A stretch of 64,000 nucleotides of DNA, taken from positions 64,001 through 128,000 of the IMG/VR virus record IMGVR_UViG_3300037295_000263. One strand, given 5' to 3'. A program made the position numbers and the translations under genes. The notes below the pieces were generated by a model that was not told where the DNA came from, made no database searches, and was given only the letters and a program-made list of their open reading frames with translations. Below, piece by piece: positions 11,076 through 20,855 of the stretch (position 1 is its first letter; every line of letters begins with the position of its first letter). This stretch comes from a virus. Taxonomy: Duplodnaviria; Caudoviricetes.

Positions 11076-11980
11076 AAGTAATAGAATTTGATGTAGTTTT
11101 TTTAAGTTATGACGAACCCAATGCAGATCTTCATTATGCGGATTTATGCAATAAAGTGCCATGGGCTAAAAGAGTACACGCTGTAAAAGGTAGCGATGCT
11201 GCGCATAAAGCAGCAGCTAATTTAAGCGATACAGAGTGGTTTATTACAGTAGATGCAGACAACATTGTAGATCCTAGTTTTTTTAATTTAGATCTCAAAA
11301 TGACTAATCCGGATATTAAAGTCTACGGATGGTGTGGCAGAAACGTAGTTAACGGGTTGCGTTATGGAAATGGCGGACTAAAAATTTGGAAAAAAGAATT
11401 CGTGCTAGATATGAAAACACACGAAGCTAGTGAATCCGACAGAGGGCAAGTTGACTTTTGTTGGGAAAAAGGATATCAAAATTTTCCAGTAAGCTTTAGT
11501 GACAGCATTATAACTGGTAGTCAATTTCAAGCATGGCGTGCAGGATTTAGAGAAGGCGTTAAAATGACACTTGATAATGGAGTAAAGGTCCCCCCTTCTG
11601 AAATTGAAAAACGAATATGGTGGCATAATATTCATAGGTTGCGTATGTGGAGCACGGTTGGAGCTCATACAGAACATGGGCTATTTTCAGTGTACGGGGC
11701 TAGACTGGGAACATGGATGGCAAATTGTACAGACTGGGATTATGTTAATGTTCGAGATTTTGAAATTTTAAGAAATATATACAACGAAACTTGTAAAGTT
11801 TACGAAAACGATAATGCATTATTAGTTGATGCAACTGTTGACTTAGGAGAAAAAATAAAACACGATCTAGGATTTCACTGGCCGTATTTAGATTCTTCAC
11901 AAAGCAAATACACTTTTGATTTGTACAATGAAACATTGAATCTTAACGCTACATATTATCAAACACCAAATGATATATGA
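11072..11980 (+). CDS. Putative glycosyltransferase-like protein
   Basis: VVFLSYDE...WFITVDAD (DxD)...YGNGGLKIW...AWRAGFRE; paralog of the next ORF's C-half. Confidence 0.55.
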   Translation: MKVIEFDVVFLSYDEPNADLHYADLCNKVPWAKRVHAVKGSDAAHKAAANLSDTEWFITVDADNIVDPSFFNLDLKMTNPDIKVYGWCGRNVVNGLRYGNGGLKIWKKEFVLDMKTHEASESDRGQVDFCWEKGYQNFPVSFSDSIITGSQFQAWRAGFREGVKMTLDNGVKVPPSEIEKRIWWHNIHRLRMWSTVGAHTEHGLFSVYGARLGTWMANCTDWDYVNVRDFEILRNIYNETCKVYENDNALLVDATVDLGEKIKHDLGFHWPYLDSSQSKYTFDLYNETLNLNATYYQTPNDI

Positions 11981-13019
11981 TGCATTTTACGTTTACACTG
12001 ATAAAAGTAGCCCGGAAGCATTAGCTTCTTTAAAAATCAGGTTTCCTAAAATTCAGGTATTACACAATGTGAAATCTTTTTCGGATATTGCAGAAAGATC
12101 ATTCACTAAGCTATTTTGGATAATATGGGACGACATTGAAATAGATACTGATTTTAATTTTGATTATGTAGTACCTAAATGGGATCAGGAATATATTCAT
12201 GTTTTTAAAAATGGAAAATATTATGACGGTATATGTTTAATTCCTAAAAATGCAAATTGTAGCCAACGAGAATTTGAAAATCGTTTTTTTATTGATAATA
12301 AAAAAGAAATAGACGTTCAAGCTTCGACTCCACGGTTACTTGATATAATTTTTATTAGCTACGACGAATCGCATGCTGATATCATGTATAATAAATTAAT
12401 TAGCAGGTTCCCAAGAGCTAAGAGAATACACAGAGTTAAAGGAATACATAATGCCCATATCGAAGCAGCAAAATTGTCACGCACTAATATGTTTTGGGTA
12501 GTAGATGCCGATTCGGAAATTGTAAAAGACTTTAACTTTACTATCGAACAATTACCGCACCACTGTAAAACAGTGCATGTGTGGCGCAGCAGAAATCCGA
12601 TAAATCAGTTAGAGTATGGATATGGCGGGGTTAAATTACTTCCTAGGAAATTAACAATGAATATGAATACAACAAGCCTCGACATGACTACTAGCATCAG
12701 TGACAGTTTTAAAGTAATGGACGAAGTTAGTAATGTAACTGCGTTTAACACAGATCCTTTTAGCACTTGGAAATCTGCATTTAGGGAATGTGCGAAATTA
12801 TCAAGCGGAATTATCGACCGGCAAAATAACAAAGAAAGTTTAGAACGTTTAACAATATGGAAAACAGTAGGTGAATCTTGCGAGTACGGCAAGTATGCTA
12901 TATCAGGCGCAACACTCGGCGAAAAGTACGGAGAGATGCATAAAGATAACAAAGATGCACTAGTTAAAATAAATGATTTTAGTTGGTTAAAATCGGAGTT
13001 TAATAAACACTATGAATGA
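11970..13019 (+). CDS. Putative glycosyltransferase-like protein (degenerate plus intact domain)
   Basis: IIFISYDE...FWVVDAD...YGYGGVKLL...TWKSAFRE; N-half is a degenerate copy (FWIIWDD). Confidence 0.55.
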   Translation: MIYDAFYVYTDKSSPEALASLKIRFPKIQVLHNVKSFSDIAERSFTKLFWIIWDDIEIDTDFNFDYVVPKWDQEYIHVFKNGKYYDGICLIPKNANCSQREFENRFFIDNKKEIDVQASTPRLLDIIFISYDESHADIMYNKLISRFPRAKRIHRVKGIHNAHIEAAKLSRTNMFWVVDADSEIVKDFNFTIEQLPHHCKTVHVWRSRNPINQLEYGYGGVKLLPRKLTMNMNTTSLDMTTSISDSFKVMDEVSNVTAFNTDPFSTWKSAFRECAKLSSGIIDRQNNKESLERLTIWKTVGESCEYGKYAISGATLGEKYGEMHKDNKDALVKINDFSWLKSEFNKHYE

Positions 13020-14373
13020 AAATATTAAAAAAATAATTCCTATTATGAATGAAATAAGTCCGACTTTTTGTTTGGCTAAATGGCATCATACTACAATCTA
13101 TTTGCAAACAGGAGAAACTCATAGTTGTTATCATCCTGCTCCGCATAGTATTCCTTTAAACGAAATTATCGATAATCCTTCAGCATTGCATAATACATCG
13201 CAGAAAAAACTTGAACGTAAAGCAATGATAGACGGGAAAAAACCTAGCGGATGTCAATATTGCTGGAATATAGAAGCACTAGGCGAAGACTTATTAAGTG
13301 ATAGAAAAGAAAAAAATAGCACAATTTACACACCTGAGAGATTTAAACAAGTTAAAGAAGATTTATTAGGAAATGTTAATCCACAGTATATTGAAATATC
13401 ATTTGGCAACGAATGTAATTTTAAATGCGGGTATTGTCATCCTAAACATAGCAGTAGCTATTATAAAGAAATTAAAGATTTCGGCCCATATTCTACTGTT
13501 AAGAATCACAGAAATGACATTGACTGGTTTAAGATATACGAAGAGGAAACAAACCCGTATGTAGACGCATGGTGGAAATGGTGGCCTGAAGTTCGAGAAA
13601 CTTTAGACATTTTAAGAATTACTGGCGGAGAGCCATTGTTGCAAAAAAGTACATGGAAACTTTTAGAAGATTTAGATGCAAATCCTCAACCAAATTTAGA
13701 AATAAACATCAACAGCAATTTCGGAGTAAAGCCGATATTAATAGAGAGATTAGTAGAAAAAGTTAATGCATTATTATCTCAAGGAAAAATAAAACATTTT
13801 ATGGTTTTTACTAGTATTGATACTTGGGGACCACAAGCCGAGTATATCAGAACAGGACTAGATATTAAATTATGGGAAAAAAATCTTAATACATTTTTAA
13901 CAAGAACTAATTTACCTGTAACTTTTATGATGACATTTAATATTTTGACTGTGACTAATTTTAAATCTTTGTTAGAAAAAGTGTTAGAATGGAGAAACAA
14001 ATACAATACCGATGATCAATCCGTTTGGCAGCGTGTAAGATTTGATACTCCTTATTTAAAAGAGCCGTTACAATACGATATGAACATATTACCAAAAGAA
14101 CAATTTGTTCCGTACATGTATAATAGTTTGGATTTTATAAAAGAAAATTTAGATAATACTGATAAATTTAAATTTAGCAATATTGAATATGATAAATTTT
14201 TTAGAGTATTAAAATATATGGAAACTGAAAATTATCCACAAAACAAGCTAATGGAAGGAAGAAAAGATTTTTATAATTGGTTCACTGAATATGATCGTCG
14301 TCGGGGCACCGATTTTAAAAAAACATTTCCTGAATTAGTTGAGTTTTTTACTAGCTGTGGAAGTATTAGATGA
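13012..14373 (+). CDS. Radical SAM protein with N-terminal Twitch/SPASM-like Cys module
   Basis: CNFKCGYC (CxxxCxxC), ITGGEPL; N-terminal CLAKW...HSCYHP...CQYCW. Confidence 0.85.
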   Translation: MNENIKKIIPIMNEISPTFCLAKWHHTTIYLQTGETHSCYHPAPHSIPLNEIIDNPSALHNTSQKKLERKAMIDGKKPSGCQYCWNIEALGEDLLSDRKEKNSTIYTPERFKQVKEDLLGNVNPQYIEISFGNECNFKCGYCHPKHSSSYYKEIKDFGPYSTVKNHRNDIDWFKIYEEETNPYVDAWWKWWPEVRETLDILRITGGEPLLQKSTWKLLEDLDANPQPNLEININSNFGVKPILIERLVEKVNALLSQGKIKHFMVFTSIDTWGPQAEYIRTGLDIKLWEKNLNTFLTRTNLPVTFMMTFNILTVTNFKSLLEKVLEWRNKYNTDDQSVWQRVRFDTPYLKEPLQYDMNILPKEQFVPYMYNSLDFIKENLDNTDKFKFSNIEYDKFFRVLKYMETENYPQNKLMEGRKDFYNWFTEYDRRRGTDFKKTFPELVEFFTSCGSIR

Positions 14374-15707
14374 CTCCTGCGCAAAAGAAAAAACTTACAA
14401 CATTTACCAAAGAGCTAAATGATGTTAGTCCTAGCTTTTGTGTGGCAAAATGGAAACAAGTTACGTTACACTTGCAAACAGGAAAAACACATAGTTGTCA
14501 TCATCCAACACCTCATAAAATACCTATTGATGAAATAAAAATAGATGTGAGTGCGTTGCATAATACTTCTTATAAAAAAGAACAGCGTAAAAAAATGCTC
14601 ATCGGCGAACGTCCAGAGGAGTGTTCACATTGCTGGAAAGTAGAAGATAATACATCTGCTTACAGCGACAGGATCACTAAAAGCATCGATAAGTGGGCTA
14701 GTCCGTTTATACCGCATATAGCTAACAGCAGCTACAGCGATAACATAAACCCTTCGTATTTAGAAGTAAGTTTTTCCAATACATGTAATTTCAAATGCAG
14801 TTATTGCAGTCCAGAAATTTCAAGTAAATGGTTTGAAGAAATCAAACAACACGGGCCTTATCCGACAAGTACTAAATTTAATAATATAGAATGGCTGGAA
14901 CAAACGGATAGTATTCCTATATTAGAAAAAAATAATAACCCATATATCGATGCCTTTTGGAAATGGTGGCCGAGTTTATATCCTACTCTGCAGGTAATGC
15001 GTATTACTGGCGGGGAACCGTTACTAACTAAGCATACATTTAAAGTGTTGGATTATATTAAACAAGTCCCTAGCAGTCAGTTAGAACTAAATGTAAATTC
15101 TAATTTATGTGTTCCTGAGAAACAGTATAATTTATTTTTAAATAAAATAACAGAAATTGTCGAGTTGGGTTCTGTTAAAGAATTTAAGCTGTATACTAGT
15201 TGCGAGTCAACATCCAGTCGTGCAGAATATATACGGCATGGTTTAAATTATGACCAATGGCTTGCTAATTGTTATAAATTTTTAGACACTGTTCCTAACG
15301 GCAAACTTACTATAATGTCTACGTATAATGCACTAAATGTATCTAGCTTTGCGCTATTCTTGAAGGATGTAGTTTCTTTAAAAGAATATAAGAAAAATGC
15401 AGTTAGCTTAGATATTTCACTATTACGGTGGCCTGCACATTTATCTATTGATATTTTAACTGACGATTTTATAAGTATAGTAGCAAGTCACAAATTGTTT
15501 ATTAAGAATAATCCATTATTTGAAATTCATGAAATAAATAGGATGGAAAGAATTTTCATTAATAATACAAATTCTACTATTAATAGACAAGACTTTTTAT
15601 TATTTGTAGATGAGCATGATCGTCGGCGCGGTACTGATTTTAAAAAAACATTCCCCGAAATGGAGAAATTTTTAAATTTGTGCAACGTTGACGTAAATAC
15701 AATATGA
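14370..15707 (+). CDS. Radical SAM protein, tandem paralog
   Basis: CNFKCSYC, ITGGEPL, CVAKW...HSCHHP...CSHCW; shared C-terminal DRRRGTDFKKTFPE. Confidence 0.85.
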   Translation: MTPAQKKKLTTFTKELNDVSPSFCVAKWKQVTLHLQTGKTHSCHHPTPHKIPIDEIKIDVSALHNTSYKKEQRKKMLIGERPEECSHCWKVEDNTSAYSDRITKSIDKWASPFIPHIANSSYSDNINPSYLEVSFSNTCNFKCSYCSPEISSKWFEEIKQHGPYPTSTKFNNIEWLEQTDSIPILEKNNNPYIDAFWKWWPSLYPTLQVMRITGGEPLLTKHTFKVLDYIKQVPSSQLELNVNSNLCVPEKQYNLFLNKITEIVELGSVKEFKLYTSCESTSSRAEYIRHGLNYDQWLANCYKFLDTVPNGKLTIMSTYNALNVSSFALFLKDVVSLKEYKKNAVSLDISLLRWPAHLSIDILTDDFISIVASHKLFIKNNPLFEIHEINRMERIFINNTNSTINRQDFLLFVDEHDRRRGTDFKKTFPEMEKFLNLCNVDVNTI

Positions 15708-16702
15708 AAATATTTATAACAGGCGTAGCTGGATTTTTAGGAAGTCATTTAGCAGATAGGATGATCAGTCTGGAACATTCGGTATCGGGCAATGACAATT
15801 TTCTTGGAGGTTACGTAGATAACATCAATCCGTTAGTTGATTTCCACGAAGTAGATTGCTGCGATTATGATAGCATGGTATGCTTAATGAAAGATGTAGA
15901 TGTTGTCATACATGCAGCAGCTACTGCACACGAAGGTCTAAGTGTGTTTAGTCCTAATTTTATAACTAAAAATGTGTATCAAGCAAGCATTTCTACGATA
16001 TCAGCAGCAATTGCAAACAATGTAAAGAGATTTGTATTTTGTTCTAGCATGGCAAGATACGGTAATCAAGAGTTTCCTTTTGTAGAAACACAAAATACCT
16101 CACCAGTAGATCCTTACGGAATTGCTAAAGTAGCTGTCGAACAAACGTTAATAATGTTGTCTAATATTCATGGCATGGAATGGAATATTGCAGTCCCTCA
16201 TAATATCATCGGACCACGGCAACGATATGACGATCCGTTTCGCAACGTTGTGAGTATTATGATTAATAGAAATTTACAAGGAAAAGAAGCAATTGTGTAT
16301 GGCGACGGTTTTCAGAAACGATGTTTTTCATATATAGATGATTGTGTATTTTGTTTGGAAAAATTAGCATTAGGCAATATTGTTGGAGAAATAATCAACA
16401 TAGGGCCGGACGAAGAGTCGGTGACTATTAACGAATTAGTCGATTTAATTGCTAAGGAATGTAATTTTCATAGTACTCCTACACATTTCTTAAATAGACC
16501 TGCTGAAGTAAAAAACGCAATTTGTTCTTCTAAAAAAGCAAGAGATTACTTAGGATACCGAACTACTACTAGTCTTGCAGAATCGATAACAAAAACAGCA
16601 GAGTGGATCAGACACCGCGGAACAAAACAAACTGATTATTCTTTTCCTTTAGAGATAGTAAATGATAAAACCCCAATTCCATGGAAAGACAGGTTAATGT
16701 AA
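15704..16702 (+). CDS. NAD-dependent NDP-sugar epimerase/dehydratase (extended SDR)
   Basis: TGVAGFLGSH, CSSMARYG, YGIAK (YxxxK), HNIIGP. Confidence 0.9.
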   Translation: MKIFITGVAGFLGSHLADRMISLEHSVSGNDNFLGGYVDNINPLVDFHEVDCCDYDSMVCLMKDVDVVIHAAATAHEGLSVFSPNFITKNVYQASISTISAAIANNVKRFVFCSSMARYGNQEFPFVETQNTSPVDPYGIAKVAVEQTLIMLSNIHGMEWNIAVPHNIIGPRQRYDDPFRNVVSIMINRNLQGKEAIVYGDGFQKRCFSYIDDCVFCLEKLALGNIVGEIINIGPDEESVTINELVDLIAKECNFHSTPTHFLNRPAEVKNAICSSKKARDYLGYRTTTSLAESITKTAEWIRHRGTKQTDYSFPLEIVNDKTPIPWKDRLM

Positions 16703-16704
16703 TT

Positions 16705-17958
16705 ATGAATTTTGTATTTGAAAATTACTCTTATAATTTTGTATCCTGTAAAGACATTAATACATCGACTCTGCCTAGATTTGCACCTTCTCCATTTGCT
16801 GAAACAGTAATTAATTTTGGAGGTAGCGGCCAGAGGTTTTCGTTGCCCACAGCTCCAACAAAATACATTATTGCCACTGGAGTAAATCATCATCCTGTAG
16901 ACTGGACTAGTTCACAATATACAAACAATGGTAGAAAAGGGTGCTTCTTTTATCTTAATAAAAAATATATATCCGATTTGCAAAATGGTAATGCTATGTT
17001 GTTATTTGACCAATCTTTTGAAGGATATCAAACAACATGGTTATGGGATTATTTTCACAGGGAATGTGCAGAATATAACATTAATCCTCGTGCAATTATA
17101 TATGTTACTGGAAATTTAATAGCAGACGAACAATATAATAAATGGGCATTATCTAATCATGTAACAGAAAGAATTAATGTTATTCCATATTCTCATTTTG
17201 AAAAAGATGTTTTTATGATGGCCAACTCTGTTTCATCTCCAACATCGATAGCTAAAAGTTTATGCTATAAACAAAAAAATAAAGCAGATATTAGTACGTA
17301 CAATTGTTTACAAAAAAGATTACGTAGTCATCGAATTTGGTTATATACCGAACTATTTAAAGCAGAATTGTTAAAAGATGGACTAGTAAGTATGAATCCA
17401 TGTAATAACTGTAATACACAAATGGAAGGAAGAATCGTAGACGATGGAGTTTTAAATGCTGCAAATAAATTACTTCCGTTAAATCTTTATAGCGTTTCTA
17501 ATAACTTAGAACCGGATAATTTTTATATTCGCAGGATTCTGAATCAAGTTTATCTTGACACTTGGGTTTCGATTATTTCTGAAGCATCGTTTGCAGATGA
17601 CGAGAATACAGTTTTTATAAGTGAAAAAACATTCAAGTCGATTGCAAGTTTTCATCCTTTCATTATTTTCGGAAATAAAGGAAGTTTACAAAAGCTAAGA
17701 GAAATGGGATATAAAACATTCGATGGTTTTATAGACGAGACCTACGATACGTTATCTACATTTGACAGGATGCAAGCTGTTATTCACGCGATTGGGAAAA
17801 TTAATGCAATTGAAGATAAATTTGCATGGTTTTTGTCTATGAGGGACATTTTAAAGCATAATTATAATGTACTAAAAATTAATTCTGAAAAAAATAACGA
17901 AGCTATTGAAAAATTAAATATATGCTATTCAAATTATCTTAAAAAGGACCTAAAGTGA
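16705..17958 (+). CDS. Hypothetical protein with GT10-like C-terminal motif
   Basis: ISEASF...SEKTFKSI...PFIIFG; paralog of 19598..20791. Start placed at ATG 16705, just after the upstream stop. Confidence 0.5.
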   Translation: MNFVFENYSYNFVSCKDINTSTLPRFAPSPFAETVINFGGSGQRFSLPTAPTKYIIATGVNHHPVDWTSSQYTNNGRKGCFFYLNKKYISDLQNGNAMLLFDQSFEGYQTTWLWDYFHRECAEYNINPRAIIYVTGNLIADEQYNKWALSNHVTERINVIPYSHFEKDVFMMANSVSSPTSIAKSLCYKQKNKADISTYNCLQKRLRSHRIWLYTELFKAELLKDGLVSMNPCNNCNTQMEGRIVDDGVLNAANKLLPLNLYSVSNNLEPDNFYIRRILNQVYLDTWVSIISEASFADDENTVFISEKTFKSIASFHPFIIFGNKGSLQKLREMGYKTFDGFIDETYDTLSTFDRMQAVIHAIGKINAIEDKFAWFLSMRDILKHNYNVLKINSEKNNEAIEKLNICYSNYLKKDLK

Positions 17959-18827
17959 AGCTCTATACGTTACCGAAAATATCCGACGGCGATAAAGTAA
18001 TTGTCGGACTCGGCGATAGTTTTACACAAGGCATAGGTAGCTGGAGTAGAGATACATATGCAAAATATAACAATAAAATCGATATTCATAAAATACCGAG
18101 AGAGTTATATGATGAATTATATAAAGGTAGTTGGGTAAATCAATTATGTGAAAATCATTTGACAGACTATATATCGGTTAATTTAGGAAAAATGGGTAAC
18201 GGAAATCGATCGGCAGTTAAGCAATTGTATTTAAATCCGTCTAGTAATCTTAAAAACGCATCACATGTTATTGTTATTTTTATGTTAAGCGGAATAGAAA
18301 GATTTGATTTTATTAATAAAGACTTTAATCAAGATCATCCTTTTTACACAATGTGGCCCAACCCAAACGACCCTGGCTCAACTCATGCTGGGCTGTGGGA
18401 AATATATTCTAAATTCATATGGTCAGACAAATTCGAAGTCGCTGAAGCAATTTTAAATATAATGGAAGCATATACTTTTTGTAAAGCAAACGGATATGAT
18501 TTTATTTTTGGCAGTGCATTTGACATACATATAACTCGAAAACATTTTATTTCAATACTGGGCGAAGACTATACTGACTTAGTCGATTCGATACCGTGGG
18601 ATAACTTTTTTTATCCCCACGGCAGGGCGACGTTGATTGAATTATTAACTGAGTTAGATGGTCGTCCGTCTTTAGCTAAAGGCGGCTTTTATCCTTTTTA
18701 CACCAAACTTCCGTGTCCGTCTACTTACATAACAAATTGTGCTCATCCTACCAAAGAAGGTCACAAAGCAATTGCTGAAGCTTTATACAGCTATATTAGA
18801 CAAAAGAAAATAAATGGCAAATCTTAA
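17955..18827 (+). CDS. SGNH/GDSL-like hydrolase or acyltransferase
   Basis: GLGDSFTQG block I; NLGKMGNGN; C-terminal HPTKEGHKAIAEAL. Confidence 0.65.
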   Translation: MKLYTLPKISDGDKVIVGLGDSFTQGIGSWSRDTYAKYNNKIDIHKIPRELYDELYKGSWVNQLCENHLTDYISVNLGKMGNGNRSAVKQLYLNPSSNLKNASHVIVIFMLSGIERFDFINKDFNQDHPFYTMWPNPNDPGSTHAGLWEIYSKFIWSDKFEVAEAILNIMEAYTFCKANGYDFIFGSAFDIHITRKHFISILGEDYTDLVDSIPWDNFFYPHGRATLIELLTELDGRPSLAKGGFYPFYTKLPCPSTYITNCAHPTKEGHKAIAEALYSYIRQKKINGKS

Positions 18828-19608
18828 TAACTCTCCTACAAACATGAAATCAGATACTCAGTACTACGATAATCATATATTTTTTCCTAATTTATTTGGT
18901 TGTTATACAATCGATGGAGTATTAAGTGACAAGTTTGCAGATACTGATTCTCCTGATTTATTTCAACAATCTAAGAACAAAAAATCTGCAGATTGGATAT
19001 ATCATACTAAAGAAATATCGTATGCTGCGAATTCTAATGGATATAGAGCACCCGAATGGCACATGATCGATTGGGCAAGTGCTGTTGTAATATTCGGATG
19101 TTCGTGTACCGCAGGAATTGGACTAGCAGAAGATGAAACAGTTTCGCATCATCTTAGTAAACTAATAAACCGGCCGGTTATTAATTTAGGATCCGGCGGA
19201 TCGTCGATGCAATATTCTTTTTTAAATTCTTTGAATATTATCGAAAAAGGCTTGCCGATACCATATGCAGTTGTGCAGAACTGGACAACTATGGAAAGAA
19301 CTGTAATTTTTGAAAAAATGCGGGCTAGACACTACGGACCTTGGGATCGTGCCGACAGATTTTATAATGCGTACTCCCGACATGATTCTAATTTACAGAT
19401 AACAACGCGATATACATCGATAGCTAGTGCTGCAGTGTGGAAACCATTGACACGATATGTGTCTGCTAGTTTTTTTAGTAATACTGCGCATGATACATCT
19501 AGTAAATTTTGTAAGTTAGAAACTGATGCTAGAGATTTATTACATCCTGGTAACAATTCTGCTTATAGACTAGCAGAAGTAATAGCTGAAGAATTGGCTA
19601 ATCAATAA
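18814..19608 (+). CDS. SGNH/GDSL-like protein
   Basis: FGCSCTAGIG, NLGSGGSS, DLLHPG (DxxH). Confidence 0.6.
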   Translation: MANLNNSPTNMKSDTQYYDNHIFFPNLFGCYTIDGVLSDKFADTDSPDLFQQSKNKKSADWIYHTKEISYAANSNGYRAPEWHMIDWASAVVIFGCSCTAGIGLAEDETVSHHLSKLINRPVINLGSGGSSMQYSFLNSLNIIEKGLPIPYAVVQNWTTMERTVIFEKMRARHYGPWDRADRFYNAYSRHDSNLQITTRYTSIASAAVWKPLTRYVSASFFSNTAHDTSSKFCKLETDARDLLHPGNNSAYRLAEVIAEELANQ

Positions 19609-20791
19609 TATTTTTAAATAAAATTGATAGCTTTTTCTGATTATATACACCTTGTTTCATAATATTAAAATTGTCAATAAGTAGTTGAGAATTTTTAAAT
19701 CTCCATTCGATTTTGTTGTTACGAGATAACGAATCTAGCATTTTGCATGTATCAGTTAACACGTCGATTATTTTTTTAAACCGTAATACATGGTCTTCCT
19801 CAGAATCAAAAGCTAAATCAAACCACTCGTCATAAGTGTTATATCCTACTGTATTTAAATAAGTATTAGCGCCAGGTTGGCCATATATTATAAATGGTTG
19901 GAAATTTTCAATAGGTTTAAACGTTTTTTCTGTATAAAAAAATGCAGTATTATTTTTATGTTCTGCCTCTGTTTCGTTTACTAACTGGAACAATGTCTGA
20001 TGGTGTATATGTGAATACGGTATAGTGTCGACCCACTTGTGCCCTTGATTAAAATCTTGTCGATCAATGGTTAACGGTAACGAAGCCTGCCATGTACTAA
20101 CTTTTTTTGAATCGTATTCACTGAGCCACTCGGTTACATCCAAATCGGTGATAACATCGTGACTTAGTAATGCATTGTTTGAGATGTCTTCTTGACACAA
20201 TAAAAATGTAGAAATTGCCCTGTATTTGCGTTTTCTCCTATTTAAACTTGAAAAGTAATTATATTCAAAATTGATATTACATAGCTCTTTTTCTTTTGCA
20301 AGGAGGAGACCGACATCGTTGTTGTACAAAATATTTTTAAAATATTCAAAGAAAAGAAAAGAGCTAACGATTAATTTTTTTTCGTTATGCACTTGACAAT
20401 ATTGTTCTATGTTATCTTCATCTTTTAAATTAGAAGAAACATATATTATTCTTGTAGGATCTACGTTATATTTTTTACAATTATAGTATAATATTTCAAA
20501 GAACGGCACGTCGATTAGTGGGCTATATCCTTCCTGGCTACAATCAAACACAAAAAATGTTTTTTTTGATTGCAATGCATCTAAGTATTCTGGAAGTATA
20601 TATTGAAATAAATCTGTAGTAACCGCCCAATAATCTGGGTATTTTAAAAATGCATGTATGTATGTGGTAGTTTTTAAATTAGCAGGTACATTGCCATCCA
20701 TCGCCGATGTTTGTAACATCTGGACAAATTTTGATTGCTTAGAGTTTGCAATATAGATATTTTCTCTAATAGCGTGCGGCAGTTTTATCAT
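19598..20791 (-). CDS. Hypothetical protein with GT10-like C-terminal motif
   Basis: VNETEA...YTEKTFKPI...PFIIYGQPG...GYNTYD; paralog of 16705..17958. Confidence 0.5.
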   Translation of the reverse strand: MIKLPHAIRENIYIANSKQSKFVQMLQTSAMDGNVPANLKTTTYIHAFLKYPDYWAVTTDLFQYILPEYLDALQSKKTFFVFDCSQEGYSPLIDVPFFEILYYNCKKYNVDPTRIIYVSSNLKDEDNIEQYCQVHNEKKLIVSSFLFFEYFKNILYNNDVGLLLAKEKELCNINFEYNYFSSLNRRKRKYRAISTFLLCQEDISNNALLSHDVITDLDVTEWLSEYDSKKVSTWQASLPLTIDRQDFNQGHKWVDTIPYSHIHHQTLFQLVNETEAEHKNNTAFFYTEKTFKPIENFQPFIIYGQPGANTYLNTVGYNTYDEWFDLAFDSEEDHVLRFKKIIDVLTDTCKMLDSLSRNNKIEWRFKNSQLLIDNFNIMKQGVYNQKKLSILFKNIID

Positions 20792-20822
20792 TCATATACA
20801 ATATAATTAAGTGCTAGTATTA

Positions 20823-20829
20823 CTAAATA
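20823..20829 (+). promoter_or_regulatory. Late-like motif CTAAATA
   Basis: Intergenic, upstream of ugd. Confidence 0.45.
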
Positions 20830-20855
20830 TTTATTATATTTATTAAGAAGAAAAC

